The notes below the pieces were generated by a model. The model did no database searches, was not told the origin of the DNA, and was given only the letters and a program-made list of their open reading frames with translations. The position numbers and the translations under genes are program-made. Of a DNA stretch of 64,000 nucleotides, positions 40,329-51,085 are shown piece by piece. Numbering within the stretch: the stretch's first letter is position 1; each line of letters starts with the position of its first letter. The stretch lies in contig CAWUVH010000005.1 of assembly GCA_963925895.1 (NCBI GenBank), positions 10,035 through 74,034 on the forward strand, read 5' to 3'. Source of the stretch: an uncultured Burkholderiales bacterium. Lineage in GTDB: Bacteria > Pseudomonadota > Gammaproteobacteria > Burkholderiales > Eutrophovitaceae.

Positions 40329-40589
40329 TTAACGACTATTGTTTGTTGGGCACTGGCCGCAGGCACCAGTAGGTTCACATCCGAAACAACCTTTGACACT
40401 CTTACCACCTCGGTGGCCGGCCGCCGTATCGGATATCTTTATAAAACTATGTGCTCGCGGAAACAATCTAAGAACTATTTGTGAAATAGCAACTTTTTGG
40501 TTGGGAAGCCACCTATTCAGGAGATAGATCAAACTAGTCGATACAATCAACAGCAGAACGACAAATTCAATCACTCGATAAGACATCAT
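40329..40589 (-). CDS. Small FeoB-associated Cys-rich membrane protein (DUF6587-like)
   Basis: N-terminal TM helix, C-terminal CFGC....ACGQC; starts 6 nt after the feoB stop. Confidence 0.65.
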   Translation of the reverse strand: MMSYRVIEFVVLLLIVSTSLIYLLNRWLPNQKVAISQIVLRLFPRAHSFIKISDTAAGHRGGKSVKGCFGCEPTGACGQCPTNNSR

Positions 40590-40595
40590 CGGCAC

Positions 40596-42419
40596 CTAAG
40601 CAAGGAGTTGATAAACCAACAAGGACGCCAAATACGCCAATCCAAATAAATATGTCGTGGCGACTAGAACAACCTTCCATGATTGCGTTTCTTTTTTTAT
40701 GACCGCTAATGTAGCTAAACACTGAGGCGCAAAAATGTACCAGACGAGTAAGGACATTCCGGTTGCAAAGCTCCAATCGGCAGCAATAATTGGTAACAGC
40801 TGGGCAGATGGGTCTTCAACACTTGCTGAGATAGCGTAGACCGTCCCCAGCGCGCTAACAGCTACCTCTCGAGCAGCCAAGCCAGGTATCAGCGCAACAC
40901 AAATTTGCCAGTTAAACCCGAGCGGTTGGAATAACCATTCAATCGCATGGCCAATTCGACCTGCAATACTGTAATCAATCGGAACACCAACCCATCCCTC
41001 CGGAGGAGCTGGATACGTTGAAAGTACCCAAAGTATCACTGTGATTGCCATAATCACCTTACCCACCCTTGCGAGAAAAACACGTGCACGCTCCCACAAT
41101 CCAAACAGCACATCCCGCACATTAGGCAATCGATACGAAGGGAGCTCTAGCATTAACGTCTGAGCCTGGAGGCTACTACGTCTTATTTTTTTCATTACAA
41201 ATGAGACGACAACCGCGCTGATGATTCCCGCAGCGTACAGAGCAAACAAGGTCAGCCCTTGCAAATTAAACAATCCCCAAACAGTTTGGTCGGGGATGAA
41301 AGCCGCAATTAACAGCGCATAGACGGGGAGCCTCGCAGAGCAAGTCATTAAAGGCGCCACCAGGATTGTAGTAATGCGGTCTCTCTGATTCTGAATCGAA
41401 CGAGTTGCCATAATGCCTGGAATCGCGCAGGCAAAACTGGAGAGCAAAGGGATAAAGGAACGTCCCGAAAGCCCGGCCCCAATCATAAAACGGTCTAGTA
41501 AAAATGCTGCTCGTGGAAGATAGCCCGACTCTTCCAAAATTAAAATAAACAAAAATAGCAATAAAATTTGAGGCAAGAAGATTACGACACTACCTACGCC
41601 ACCAATTAGACCCTCGACAATAAATCCTCTCAGCGGCCCCTCTGGCAAGACTATTGCCACAAAACGTCCGAATGCGCTGATACCTGCATCAATCAGCTCC
41701 ATGAAGGGAGCGGCCCAGGAGAAGACCGCCTGGAACATCAGAAACATAGCTAACGCCAAAATTAATAAACCAGCAAATGGATGTAGAAAAACCCTATCCA
41801 AAATATCATCCGTTGGAGAAGTTTTGCTGGGCATCACCACATTAGCGGAAATTAGCCTTTTGGCTTCTTCGTGATAATCCATATCGTCAGCCAACGACAG
41901 TGGGGCTTGAGGTAGATTTTGCTTGATTTCATTAATTAACTGATCCGCACCATTTTTACGAACGGCAATTGTTTCTATGACTTGAATACCAAGTTCCTCT
42001 GACAACCCCTGGGGGTTTATTATTATGCCGCGTCGTTTTGCCGTATCAGACATATTGAGGGCTATAATCATCGGGATTCCGAGCGCCCTAACTTCCAAAG
42101 CAAACCTTAAATGTAACCTTAAATTTGTCGCATCAACAACACAAACAATGACATCAGGACGTCTCTCACCTGCAACATTACCCAAGCAAATATCCTTGGT
42201 AACGATTTCATCTAAACTATCGGTATCAAAAGAGTAAGCGCCCGGCAGATCTAAAAGTTCCCATTCTTGACCGGCATCCAAACGCATCAAGCCCGACTTT
42301 TTCTCTACCGTAACACCGGGGTAATTAGCCACTTTTTGCCGACTACCAGTCAGCAAGTTAAAAAGCGCTGTTTTACCGCAATTTGGATTGCCAACTAGAG
42401 CGACTCTCATGACAGTCAT
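40596..42419 (-). CDS. feoB: Ferrous iron transporter FeoB
   Basis: GNPNCGKT, NYPGVTVE, DLPG, NMSD GTPase motifs; gate/membrane domain with LEESGY and CSARLP. Confidence 0.95.
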   Translation of the reverse strand: MTVMRVALVGNPNCGKTALFNLLTGSRQKVANYPGVTVEKKSGLMRLDAGQEWELLDLPGAYSFDTDSLDEIVTKDICLGNVAGERRPDVIVCVVDATNLRLHLRFALEVRALGIPMIIALNMSDTAKRRGIIINPQGLSEELGIQVIETIAVRKNGADQLINEIKQNLPQAPLSLADDMDYHEEAKRLISANVVMPSKTSPTDDILDRVFLHPFAGLLILALAMFLMFQAVFSWAAPFMELIDAGISAFGRFVAIVLPEGPLRGFIVEGLIGGVGSVVIFLPQILLLFLFILILEESGYLPRAAFLLDRFMIGAGLSGRSFIPLLSSFACAIPGIMATRSIQNQRDRITTILVAPLMTCSARLPVYALLIAAFIPDQTVWGLFNLQGLTLFALYAAGIISAVVVSFVMKKIRRSSLQAQTLMLELPSYRLPNVRDVLFGLWERARVFLARVGKVIMAITVILWVLSTYPAPPEGWVGVPIDYSIAGRIGHAIEWLFQPLGFNWQICVALIPGLAAREVAVSALGTVYAISASVEDPSAQLLPIIAADWSFATGMSLLVWYIFAPQCLATLAVIKKETQSWKVVLVATTYLFGLAYLASLLVYQLLA

Positions 42420-42435
42420 GACTGCAACCCGTCAG

Positions 42436-42675
42436 CTACCGAACTTCCACACGATTTGCTTCGCTCACACGAAGCGCGAATCTCGTGAATCCGATTTGCA
42501 CTAGAAGTGGATCTTGGCCGACAGGGCCGAAAGTAATTAACTTCACGTCCTCCCCCTCAATAAAGCCAAGGTTTCTAAGTCTACGCGCTATCGAGTCATT
42601 TGCAGACCTCGGAACCACGCTTGTAATTGTTGCCTGCTCTCCAATCTTCATATCGGAGAGGTATCTTTTTTCCAT
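42436..42675 (-). CDS. feoA: Ferrous iron transport protein FeoA
   Basis: RRLRNLGF.EG, GP..DP, FALR.SEA; start set at ATG 42675. Confidence 0.9.
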   Translation of the reverse strand: MEKRYLSDMKIGEQATITSVVPRSANDSIARRLRNLGFIEGEDVKLITFGPVGQDPLLVQIGFTRFALRVSEANRVEVR

Positions 42676-42689
42676 AGCGCCTAAACCTA

Positions 42690-42711
42690 AATGAGAATGA
42701 TTTACATTATA
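42690..42711 (-). promoter_or_regulatory. Fur box overlapping a TATAAT -10 element of the feoAB promoter
   Basis: AATGAGAAT-G-ATTTACATT (42690-42708) vs the 9-1-9 consensus AATGATAAT-N-ATTATCATT (15/18); minus-strand TATAAT at 42711-42706. Confidence 0.75.
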
Positions 42712-42914
42712 CATTTTTTACCTCATATCACTCGATCTATTACCTGTTTGCAAGCACATACCACTAATAGAGTTATAAATTGACAGCGTCTATACTAAGG
42801 TTACAGAGCAGACTAACCGCTAAATTCGGCACATAGATTCGAGCAGCACCCGTCACAACTCCTTTAAATCGCTTAGAATCAGGGATATCGAAATATACAA
42901 ATATCCTCTTGGTT

Positions 42915-43565
42915 ATGAAAATAAGAATCATCCCAGTTACCCCTTTTTCCCAAAATTGCTCATTACTTATTTGTGAAACCACCAAAAAAGCAGCATTAGT
43001 CGATCCTGGCGGAGATATTGATCGCATATTTGACGTGATCAAGGAAGAATCGATTACCGTAGAAAAAATTCTACTCACCCACGGACATCTAGATCATTGT
43101 GGTGCCAGTAAACAAATTCGAGACCAGCTTAATATTTCGATTGAAGGACCCCACAAAGATGATCAATTCTGGATTGACCAGCTCGAAGAACAAAGCAAAC
43201 AATTTGGTTTACCCAATGCGTCTTCGTTCATTCCTGATAGATACTTAAATGATAATGAAATTGTAGAATTTGGAACAATTAAATTGTTGGTGAAGCACTG
43301 CCCAGGGCATACGCCTGGGCATGTTATTTTCTTTTCGCCAGAAGAAAAAATTGCGATTGTCGGAGACGTGCTTTTCAGTGGGTCCATTGGACGAACCGAC
43401 TTCCCGAGGGGGGATTACGACACACTCATCGAAGCCATCACAACCAAAATGTGGCCCTTAGGTAACGATGTCACTTTTTTTCCCGGACATGGTCCAACTT
43501 CGACTTTTGGAATAGAAAGACAGACTAACCCTTATGTAGGGGACTTTGTAACGGGCATTCATTGA
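42915..43565 (+). CDS. MBL-fold metallohydrolase (YcbL/GloC glyoxalase II-like)
   Basis: THGHLDH, PGHTPGH, GDVLF..SIGRTD, PGHG. Confidence 0.9.
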   Translation: MKIRIIPVTPFSQNCSLLICETTKKAALVDPGGDIDRIFDVIKEESITVEKILLTHGHLDHCGASKQIRDQLNISIEGPHKDDQFWIDQLEEQSKQFGLPNASSFIPDRYLNDNEIVEFGTIKLLVKHCPGHTPGHVIFFSPEEKIAIVGDVLFSGSIGRTDFPRGDYDTLIEAITTKMWPLGNDVTFFPGHGPTSTFGIERQTNPYVGDFVTGIH

Positions 43566-43615
43566 TGGTTTAAACTAATGGTCACTTGACCAATGTTTCC
43601 GAAGGGGGGTTATTT

Positions 43616-44485
43616 ATGGAACTAACAATCAAACCGCTGCACCCGCTATTTGTCGCAGAAGTTGCCGGCCTGGACATTCGAGATCCGTTGTCGCCAGAAA
43701 TTCAAGATCAAATACAAAACCTAATCGATCAACATGGGATATTGATATTCCGAGATCAAAACATCTCGGATGACCAGCAAGTCGTATTCAGTCGATATTT
43801 TGGGGAAATTGAGATCGCTAACAGCAAACACAATATCACGAAACAAGAAAACCGCAGACTATCCAATATGTTTGCTGACATATCTAACCTCAATAAAAAT
43901 AACGAATTTCACGAAAAAGAATCAAGACAACGAATCTTCAATTTAGGAAACAGAATATGGCACTCTGATAGTGCCTTTCGTCCGAATCCAGCGCGATACT
44001 CCTTATTGTCAGGCAGAGAAGTTCCGAGTAAAGGTGGTGACACTCAGTACGCAGACATGCATACCCCTTATGAGCGACTCAGCCCTGAAATGAAGGAGCT
44101 TATTGAGGATCTTCGATGTGAGCATTCACTGATGTACTCTCGTGCTCGGCTTGGAATGGATTATTTTACTGAGCAAGAAAAAGAGGATTTCAAACCCGTC
44201 ATACAGCCTTTAGTTCGAACGCATCCCGCAACAGGAAGAAAGTCATTATTTCTTGCCTCACACGCAGGGCGAATAGTCGATTGGCCAATAACCGAAGCCA
44301 AATTACTACTTGAAGAATTAACTGAGATAGCCACACAGAGAGAATACGTCTACACCCATAAATGGAAACGTTACGATCTAGTGATGTGGGATAATCGACG
44401 CACAATGCACCGAGGGACGCGATTTGAGGACACCAAACAGAAGCGAGATATGAGGCGAACGACAATAGCGGGTGATCCTGCCTGA
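43616..44485 (+). CDS. Fe(II)/2-oxoglutarate dioxygenase, TauD/TfdA family (TfdA-alpha-like)
   Basis: FNLGNRIWHSDS (HxD), GGDT, EHSLMYSR, MWDNRRTMHRG, RDMRRTT. Confidence 0.88.
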   Translation: MELTIKPLHPLFVAEVAGLDIRDPLSPEIQDQIQNLIDQHGILIFRDQNISDDQQVVFSRYFGEIEIANSKHNITKQENRRLSNMFADISNLNKNNEFHEKESRQRIFNLGNRIWHSDSAFRPNPARYSLLSGREVPSKGGDTQYADMHTPYERLSPEMKELIEDLRCEHSLMYSRARLGMDYFTEQEKEDFKPVIQPLVRTHPATGRKSLFLASHAGRIVDWPITEAKLLLEELTEIATQREYVYTHKWKRYDLVMWDNRRTMHRGTRFEDTKQKRDMRRTTIAGDPA

Positions 44486-44566
44486 TATCCCAAAAACAGA
44501 ATTCACTCACTCAACTTCGTTGTGGAGAGCGAACCACAAAGATCGTGACTCAAATCCAGACTGCTC

Positions 44567-46177
44567 TCAATTTGAGTCTCTTAGAAGACGGCGGATAATT
44601 TTACCGGTATTAGTTTTTGGCAAATCAGACAGAAACTCGATTTCTCTCGGATACTCGTGCTTTGAAAGCCGTTCCTTCACCCATCCCTTTAGCTCTTCTA
44701 TTAACTTCTCATTCGGAACGCAACCGTCTCGCAACACCACATAGGCCTTAACAATCTCGGTCCGAGCCTCATCAGGCTGCCCGACTACGGCTGCGAGTTG
44801 CACCGAAGGGTGAGCAGTCAAGCAATCTTCTATGGGACCAGGTCCGATACGATAACCCGCGCTAGTGATCACATCATCATCACGCCCAACAAATGTAATA
44901 TAGCCATCATCATCGATAGATCCCGTGTCACCCGTAACTAACCAGTTGCCGATAAATTTATCCTGCGTCGCCTGCTCGTTGTTCCAGTAGCCAAGGAACA
45001 TTACAGGGTTCGGTGTGGCTACTGCGATCATGCCCGTTTGTCCATAAGGTTTTTCATTCCCATCCGCATCAATAATTGCAACCCTGTGGCCTGGTGCCGC
45101 ACGACCAATCGCTCCTGGCTTTAATGGATAAAGCGATGAGCATCCACTCACTGTCATATTGCATTCCGTCTGACCATAAAATTCATTAATAAAAATACCT
45201 AATGTATTGCGGGACCAATCCTGCAACTCAAATCCCAATGACTCACCTCCGCTAGCTAATGATCTAAGCTTTAATGCTTCAAAATTCTTTTCCGGGATGG
45301 CTCGCATCATCCTCAGCGCAGTTGGAGGCATAAATACGTTCCTAATGGAATGTCGGATCATCAAATTAAGCGCCGCATCAGGTTCAAACTTATCAAAGCG
45401 TCTGGCAATTACTGGAACACCGACTTGCCACGCAGCAAAAAGAACATCAACCAGACCGCCAATCCAAGCCCAATCTGCTGGAGACCAAATTAAATCACCG
45501 TCTTGCCCTAGGAAATCATGCGAAAACTCAACTCCTGGCATGTGACCAATCATCGTACGATGTGGCAAAAGCGCCCCTTTAGGGTCACCTGTTGTCCCTG
45601 AGGTATAAATAATCATCGCTGGATCATCTGCCATCGTTTGCACTGATTCGAAAGAATCAGAGGCGCGCTGAAGTAACCCATAAAAATCCTCTACGCCATC
45701 GCCATCGCCATCGACATTGAACACAACTTGCAGATCTGGTAATTCATGTCGAATTACAGCGATTGAATTCACCCCAACCGAGTCAGTAACAACAAACTTC
45801 GCACCAGAATCTCGCAATCGATATCGCAAAGCATCTTGCCCAAAAAGTGTAAACAAAGGCACCGCTATTGCGCCCGATCGATAGCTCGCCAAGTGCGTTA
45901 CGCCCACCTCAGGCCGTTGCGGCAGTAAAACACCAATCCGATCATGGCGCTGCAGACCGAACGCGGAAAAAACGTTTGCCAGTTGATTCGACAGCAAATG
46001 AATATCTTTAAACGTATACCGTTTTTGAATACCATCGGTCGTCTCGTACACCAATGCTGTACGTCCATCTTCCTCAATCCACTTGTCGCATATATCCCAA
46101 GCTATGTTATAGCGTTGAGGCACCTGCCATTCAAATTGATTAATCAGTGCTTGATAAGAGTTTGCTCTGGGTAACAT
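44567..46177 (-). CDS. Acyl-CoA synthetase (AMP-forming, short/medium chain)
   Basis: YTSGTTGDPKG, EFYGQTE, TGD, GRDDD, LPKTNTGKI. Confidence 0.92.
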   Translation of the reverse strand: MLPRANSYQALINQFEWQVPQRYNIAWDICDKWIEEDGRTALVYETTDGIQKRYTFKDIHLLSNQLANVFSAFGLQRHDRIGVLLPQRPEVGVTHLASYRSGAIAVPLFTLFGQDALRYRLRDSGAKFVVTDSVGVNSIAVIRHELPDLQVVFNVDGDGDGVEDFYGLLQRASDSFESVQTMADDPAMIIYTSGTTGDPKGALLPHRTMIGHMPGVEFSHDFLGQDGDLIWSPADWAWIGGLVDVLFAAWQVGVPVIARRFDKFEPDAALNLMIRHSIRNVFMPPTALRMMRAIPEKNFEALKLRSLASGGESLGFELQDWSRNTLGIFINEFYGQTECNMTVSGCSSLYPLKPGAIGRAAPGHRVAIIDADGNEKPYGQTGMIAVATPNPVMFLGYWNNEQATQDKFIGNWLVTGDTGSIDDDGYITFVGRDDDVITSAGYRIGPGPIEDCLTAHPSVQLAAVVGQPDEARTEIVKAYVVLRDGCVPNEKLIEELKGWVKERLSKHEYPREIEFLSDLPKTNTGKIIRRLLRDSN

Positions 46178-46299
46178 GCTGCGCGCCGTTTTTACGTTTA
46201 TGAAATGCTAACAAAAAAATGGGTCGGCAGATTGACTATGGGAGGGCCTTTAAGCTAAGACCGGAAGATAACATTCTAGAATGTAAATTGGAGGGGGGG

Positions 46300-46324
46300 T
46301 TGACGGGAGACAGGCTCCCGTCAA
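46300..46324 (-). terminator. GC-rich hairpin downstream of the cold-shock gene
   Basis: TTGACGGGAG-ACAGG-CTCCCGTCAA, perfect 10-bp stem; followed on the - strand by a C-run rather than a U-run. Confidence 0.5.
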
Positions 46325-46342
46325 AGTATAACTTTTAAATCA

Positions 46343-46549
46343 TTAATCTATCGATTGGATATTGGTCGCTTGGTCGCCTTTAGGGCCACTCGTGACGTCA
46401 TACGATACTTTTTGATTTTCTTCTAACGTCTTAAAGCCATTCGATTGAATTGCTGAAAAATGTACGAACAAATCCTTACCGCCATCATCAGGAGTAATAA
46501 AACCGAAACCTTTTGAATCGTTAAACCATTTAACTGTACCAGTACTCAT
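46343..46549 (-). CDS. Cold-shock protein (CspA family), 68 aa
   Basis: [18 protein letters not shown]...DLFVHFSAI (RNP1/RNP2); real start at ATG 46549 after AAGGA. Confidence 0.95.
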   Translation of the reverse strand: MSTGTVKWFNDSKGFGFITPDDGGKDLFVHFSAIQSNGFKTLEENQKVSYDVTSGPKGDQATNIQSID

Positions 46550-46698
46550 TGTGTCTTTCCTTGAAAATAATAAAATATATGCCAAAACTTCAAGAAGAGA
46601 CCGTCTTTCACCCGATGTTAAGAATGTTCCCTTAATCAGGTGAGGAGATAGTACGACATCGCTAAACATCTTCCCCAGCTTGATAATCTTGCACGCGC

Positions 46699-46727
46699 CT
46701 TATAACGTATAAAGCCAGTCACGTCAA
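46699..46727 (-). promoter_or_regulatory. Putative sigma70 promoter of the csp gene
   Basis: TTGACG-17 nt-TATAAG on the - strand, giving a ~140-nt 5' UTR as typical for cspA. Confidence 0.45.
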
Positions 46728-46844
46728 AATAAATCTTAGCCGTCAAAACCTTTAAACTTAGATATTTCAGTGGTTTTTTAACCACCTAATCACTAATATA
46801 AGACTGTATATAGTAACAGACGCAACTTAAAGAGGGAAACACGA

Positions 46845-49133
46845 ATGTCAGATGAACTAAAAGCCGCCGCGCTTGAGTACCACGAATACCCCAGACCTGG
46901 GAAAATATCAGTGGTTCCAACAAAAGGGTTAACCAATCAGCGAGACCTGGCGCTTGCGTACTCACCTGGAGTCGCTTATGCATGTAAAGCGATAGAAGCT
47001 GACCCAAGTATGGCGGCCAAATACACATCCAGAGCGAACCTAGTCGGAGTTATTACCAACGGTACAGCTGTTCTAGGCCTAGGCAACATCGGCCCTCTAG
47101 CCGGAAAGCCTGTCATGGAAGGTAAAGCTTGTTTATTTAAGAAATTTGCAGGTATTGATGTTTTTGATATCGAATTGGCAGAGACTGATCCAGATAAATT
47201 GGTCGATATTATTGCGGCACTAGAGCCCACACTGGGCGGCATTAATCTAGAGGACATCAAAGCCCCAGAATGTTTTTATATCGAGAAGAAACTAAAAGAA
47301 AAGCTGAGCATTCCCGTCTTTCACGATGATCAGCATGGCACTGCGATTATCGTAGGTGCCGCGATTATTAATGGGCTAAAGGTCGTCGGTAAAAATTTAG
47401 ACCAGGTCCGACTTGTTTGCTCAGGCGCAGGTGCCGCGGCGATAGCATGTCTTAATTTACTCACCACCTTAGGGGTAAAAAAAGAAAATATTATTGTTTG
47501 CGATTCAAAAGGAGTGATCTCTATAAGTCGCATTGGCACTCTAAATGAGAGTAAAGCCATCTATGCGAGCGACACACCTTTTGTGTCCGTAGATGAAGCG
47601 ATGCGAGGTGCTGATATTTTTCTCGGATTATCAGGACCAGGCACGATCAAAAAAGAGTGGGTCGCCGAAATGGCAGATAAACCCTTAATCTTGGCGCTTG
47701 CAAATCCGACACCGGAAATCATGCCTGAAGAAATTAAATCAGTACGGCCTGATGCCGTGATCGCCACGGGGCGTTCTGATTACCCTAACCAGGTTAACAA
47801 TGTTCTATGCTTTCCATTTATTTTCAGAGGGGCTTTGGACGTCGGGGCAACCAAAATCACTGAGGAAATGAAACTGGCGTGCGTTTATGCTATCGCAGAA
47901 CTAGCTCGAGCAGAACGCTCGGATATCGTTGCCACAGCTTACGAGGGTCAGGAATTAAATTTTGGCCCTGACTATATTATCCCGACACCGTTCGACCCAC
48001 GACTCATTACATTAATAGCACCTGCGGTTGCTCAGGCCGCTATGGACAGCGGGGTCGCGACACTCCCCATTGAAGACATGTCGGCCTACCGGGAAAAAAT
48101 TTCTAACCTCGTATATCAAACTGGCTTCGTGATGAAACCAGTCTTTGAGGCGGCAAAAGCCGACCTAAAGAAGGTTATTTACGCGGAGGGTGAGGATGAA
48201 AGAGTGTTACAAGCGGTCCAAGTCCTTACAGATGAAAAACTTTGCCTCCCAATTCTTATTGGGCGACCCGATGTTATCAACTCAAGGATTGAGAGAGCTG
48301 GACTTCGAATAAAAGCTGGAGAACACTTTGAGGTAGTCAACCCAGAAAACGACGAACGCTTCAAAGAGACCTGGCAAGAGTACTATCAAATCATGAGGAG
48401 AAAAGGTGTGTCTCCTGACGACGCTAAAGCGGCCGTTAGAAGCTCCGCAACACTCATTGGAGCCATGCTCGTTCGGCGCGGGGACGCCGATGCGCTAATT
48501 TGTGGAGCCATCGGGCGTTACAAAGATCATCTAAAACACGTTTCTAACGTGATTGGCAAAAGAGAAGATGCGTCTATTTTTGCAGCAATGAATTTATTGC
48601 CCATGCAGAATCGAACGCTATTTATCAGTGATACGTACGTGAACCTTAACCCATCTGCTGAAGAAATTGCGGAAATAACACTCATGGCAGCTGATGAAGT
48701 TAAGCGTTTTGGCTTAATGCCTAAGGTTGCCCTCATTTCTCACTCAAATTTTGGGACTGAAAACAATCCATCAGCGACAAAAATGAGTGACGCGCTCGAC
48801 ATCATCCAAAAATTAGCCCCCGATTTGGAGATCGATGGAGAGATGCATGGCGATGCGGCATTAAACGAGGTCATTCGGCAACGAACACATCCCGACTCAA
48901 AATTAAAGGGTGAGGCAAATCTATTAATCATGCCGAGCGTAGAAGCCGCTAACATTTCCTATAATCTTCTGAAGATGGTTAGTGGTGATGGGATAACCGT
49001 TGGTCCAATACTATTGGGGGCTAAAAAAGCGGCACACATCGTCACGCCAACCGTAACGGTTCGCAGAATTGTAAATATGACTGCTCTAGCCGCAGTCGAC
49101 GCCGCATCTAGAGCTAACACACTGGCTCAATAG
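46845..49133 (+). CDS. maeB: NADP-dependent malic enzyme with PTA domain
   Basis: [42 protein letters not shown]-terminal phosphotransacetylase-like domain. Confidence 0.95.
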   Translation: MSDELKAAALEYHEYPRPGKISVVPTKGLTNQRDLALAYSPGVAYACKAIEADPSMAAKYTSRANLVGVITNGTAVLGLGNIGPLAGKPVMEGKACLFKKFAGIDVFDIELAETDPDKLVDIIAALEPTLGGINLEDIKAPECFYIEKKLKEKLSIPVFHDDQHGTAIIVGAAIINGLKVVGKNLDQVRLVCSGAGAAAIACLNLLTTLGVKKENIIVCDSKGVISISRIGTLNESKAIYASDTPFVSVDEAMRGADIFLGLSGPGTIKKEWVAEMADKPLILALANPTPEIMPEEIKSVRPDAVIATGRSDYPNQVNNVLCFPFIFRGALDVGATKITEEMKLACVYAIAELARAERSDIVATAYEGQELNFGPDYIIPTPFDPRLITLIAPAVAQAAMDSGVATLPIEDMSAYREKISNLVYQTGFVMKPVFEAAKADLKKVIYAEGEDERVLQAVQVLTDEKLCLPILIGRPDVINSRIERAGLRIKAGEHFEVVNPENDERFKETWQEYYQIMRRKGVSPDDAKAAVRSSATLIGAMLVRRGDADALICGAIGRYKDHLKHVSNVIGKREDASIFAAMNLLPMQNRTLFISDTYVNLNPSAEEIAEITLMAADEVKRFGLMPKVALISHSNFGTENNPSATKMSDALDIIQKLAPDLEIDGEMHGDAALNEVIRQRTHPDSKLKGEANLLIMPSVEAANISYNLLKMVSGDGITVGPILLGAKKAAHIVTPTVTVRRIVNMTALAAVDAASRANTLAQ

Positions 49134-49227
49134 ATAAATTTATGGCGTTTAAAAATTAATGACATATTCATTTCGAACAAAGACAAGCACCCTCGAGGGT
49201 CATCACACGCAATGAAAAGGAAAAAGG

Positions 49228-50019
49228 ATGTCTGACCAAAATTTATTTTCTGGAGAAATGACCGAAAAGCAGCGTCTATTCCGTGACGAGTATAAAAAAA
49301 ATATAGCCAATTGGTATTCAGGCTGGGGGCACCTCTTATCAATATATGCACCTGGGCTCCTAGTCATTGCATTTTGTATTCGTCACATTGAAAATCCTAA
49401 CTGGTTAGAAATTGCATTGTTGATACCCATTGTTCTCATTTATAACTTTAACGAATGGTGGATTCATAAAAATGCAATGCATAAACCGATTAAGGGATTA
49501 GGTGGCGCGCTGATGCCAGTGTTTCATCGACATGTACATCAGCACCACCAATACTTCACCTCGAGAAGAATGACGTACGACACAAATCAGGAATGGCGCA
49601 TTGTTTTATTTCCGCCTTATGCTCTGATTATTTTTCTGATCGGCACTCTCCCTGCTGCATTCCTCCTAGGTCAACTATGGAGCCCGAATGCCGGGTATAT
49701 CCTGATGCTAACAACGCCTTTTTATTACTTAAACTACGAAACCTTTCACTTATGCTGTCACGTTAAGGAGAATTGGTTTGTTCGCAATTGTCCTCTAGTA
49801 AATACGATCCGTCGCCATCATGCCGCTCACCATAGTCAACATATTATGATGGCCAGAAACATGAATTTAACCTATCCAATTGCGGATTGGTATATGGGCA
49901 CTAGCGATCTCAATCGCGGATTATTAGGGCATCTTTTTAACGGTTACGATCAACATCACGTCAAGAGTCAATTTCAATCCGACCAAGGTGCTGAGCTTGA
50001 GCAAACCTCCTCAACATAA
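49228..50019 (+). CDS. Membrane di-iron enzyme, sterol desaturase/fatty acid hydroxylase family
   Basis: His boxes HKNAMH, HRHVHQHH, ETFHLCCH and RRHHAAHH, with TM segments. Confidence 0.85.
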   Translation: MSDQNLFSGEMTEKQRLFRDEYKKNIANWYSGWGHLLSIYAPGLLVIAFCIRHIENPNWLEIALLIPIVLIYNFNEWWIHKNAMHKPIKGLGGALMPVFHRHVHQHHQYFTSRRMTYDTNQEWRIVLFPPYALIIFLIGTLPAAFLLGQLWSPNAGYILMLTTPFYYLNYETFHLCCHVKENWFVRNCPLVNTIRRHHAAHHSQHIMMARNMNLTYPIADWYMGTSDLNRGLLGHLFNGYDQHHVKSQFQSDQGAELEQTSST

Positions 50020-50049
50020 GAGTCGGCTATCTTAACAAAAATAAGACTT

Positions 50050-51009
50050 ATGGCCGCAGCGTTACCAACAATTAGGCAACTCACATATTTAATTACGTTA
50101 TCCGAAACATTGAATTTCCGCCAAGCTTCTGAGAAGTTGTTTGTCACGCAGTCCACTCTGTCAGCGGGTATCAAAGAACTAGAGATCACTCTCGGCGCAA
50201 CACTCTTCGAACGAACCAAACGAAACGTTCGATTAACCGAAATAGGGTCCGAAGTATTACGTAGAGCACAGTCGATACTTACCGAAGTAGATGACTTAAG
50301 CAGCTTCACAGAGCGTTTAAAAAAACCTCTCAGCGGAACATTGAAATTAGGTGTCATTCCTACCATAGCTCCTTTTCTGCTTCCCATCGTAATCCCCACA
50401 TTGAAGGCAAATTATCCGGCATTGAAACTTTATCTAAGGGAAGATTATTCTCTTCGCCTTCTAGACCAACTCAAATCTGGAGAGCTTGATTTTGCAATCA
50501 TCGCGCTTCCCTACAATACCGAAGACCTCATCACCAACACACTGTTCAAAGACGAGTTTTGGTGGGTCGCAAAAAAAGGCGTGGCACTTGCAAAATCGAA
50601 AGAAATATCAATAAAAGATGTAAACCTAAACGACCTTCTGTTACTGGAAGAAGGACACTGCCTCAGGAATCACGCGATCGAGGCCTGCGGCGCTCAAGCA
50701 GTTAACTCACCGAATGAATCTTTCGCAGCAACCAGCCTCTATACCCTACTTCAAATGGTTGATAATGGATTGGGATCTACACTCCTTCCAGAAATGGTTC
50801 TTAAATCTGGGGCATTACTTGGAACTGATCTCGTAGCAAGACCATTTTCACATAAACCACCTTATCGAGAAATTGCGTTATTAAGAAGAAAGACTGACAA
50901 TAGAAAAATTGATTTTGAGTTGCTCTCAGCGCTAATCGTATCCGAAAAAAAACGATATTCGTCCCAGCTCGGGGCTTCCCGTTCTAAACGAGCTGCGACT
51001 AGACGCTAG
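50050..51009 (+). CDS. oxyR: H2O2-sensing LysR regulator OxyR
   Basis: LysR HTH; GVIPTIAPFLLP; EGHCLRNHAIEAC with two Cys 9 residues apart (C199/C208 pattern); ATSLYTL. Confidence 0.85.
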   Translation: MAAALPTIRQLTYLITLSETLNFRQASEKLFVTQSTLSAGIKELEITLGATLFERTKRNVRLTEIGSEVLRRAQSILTEVDDLSSFTERLKKPLSGTLKLGVIPTIAPFLLPIVIPTLKANYPALKLYLREDYSLRLLDQLKSGELDFAIIALPYNTEDLITNTLFKDEFWWVAKKGVALAKSKEISIKDVNLNDLLLLEEGHCLRNHAIEACGAQAVNSPNESFAATSLYTLLQMVDNGLGSTLLPEMVLKSGALLGTDLVARPFSHKPPYREIALLRRKTDNRKIDFELLSALIVSEKKRYSSQLGASRSKRAATRR

Positions 51010-51085
51010 CCCTATTCTCTAACCGTTTGATTCCAGAATAAAATAAGACGGAACCATCCAGACAGCACAACTACCTGTATTCAAT

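Noticed and set aside
46550-46669. 40-aa N-terminal extension on the cold-shock protein
   Set aside because: Open-frame 5' UTR; the RBS and family start fit ATG 46549.
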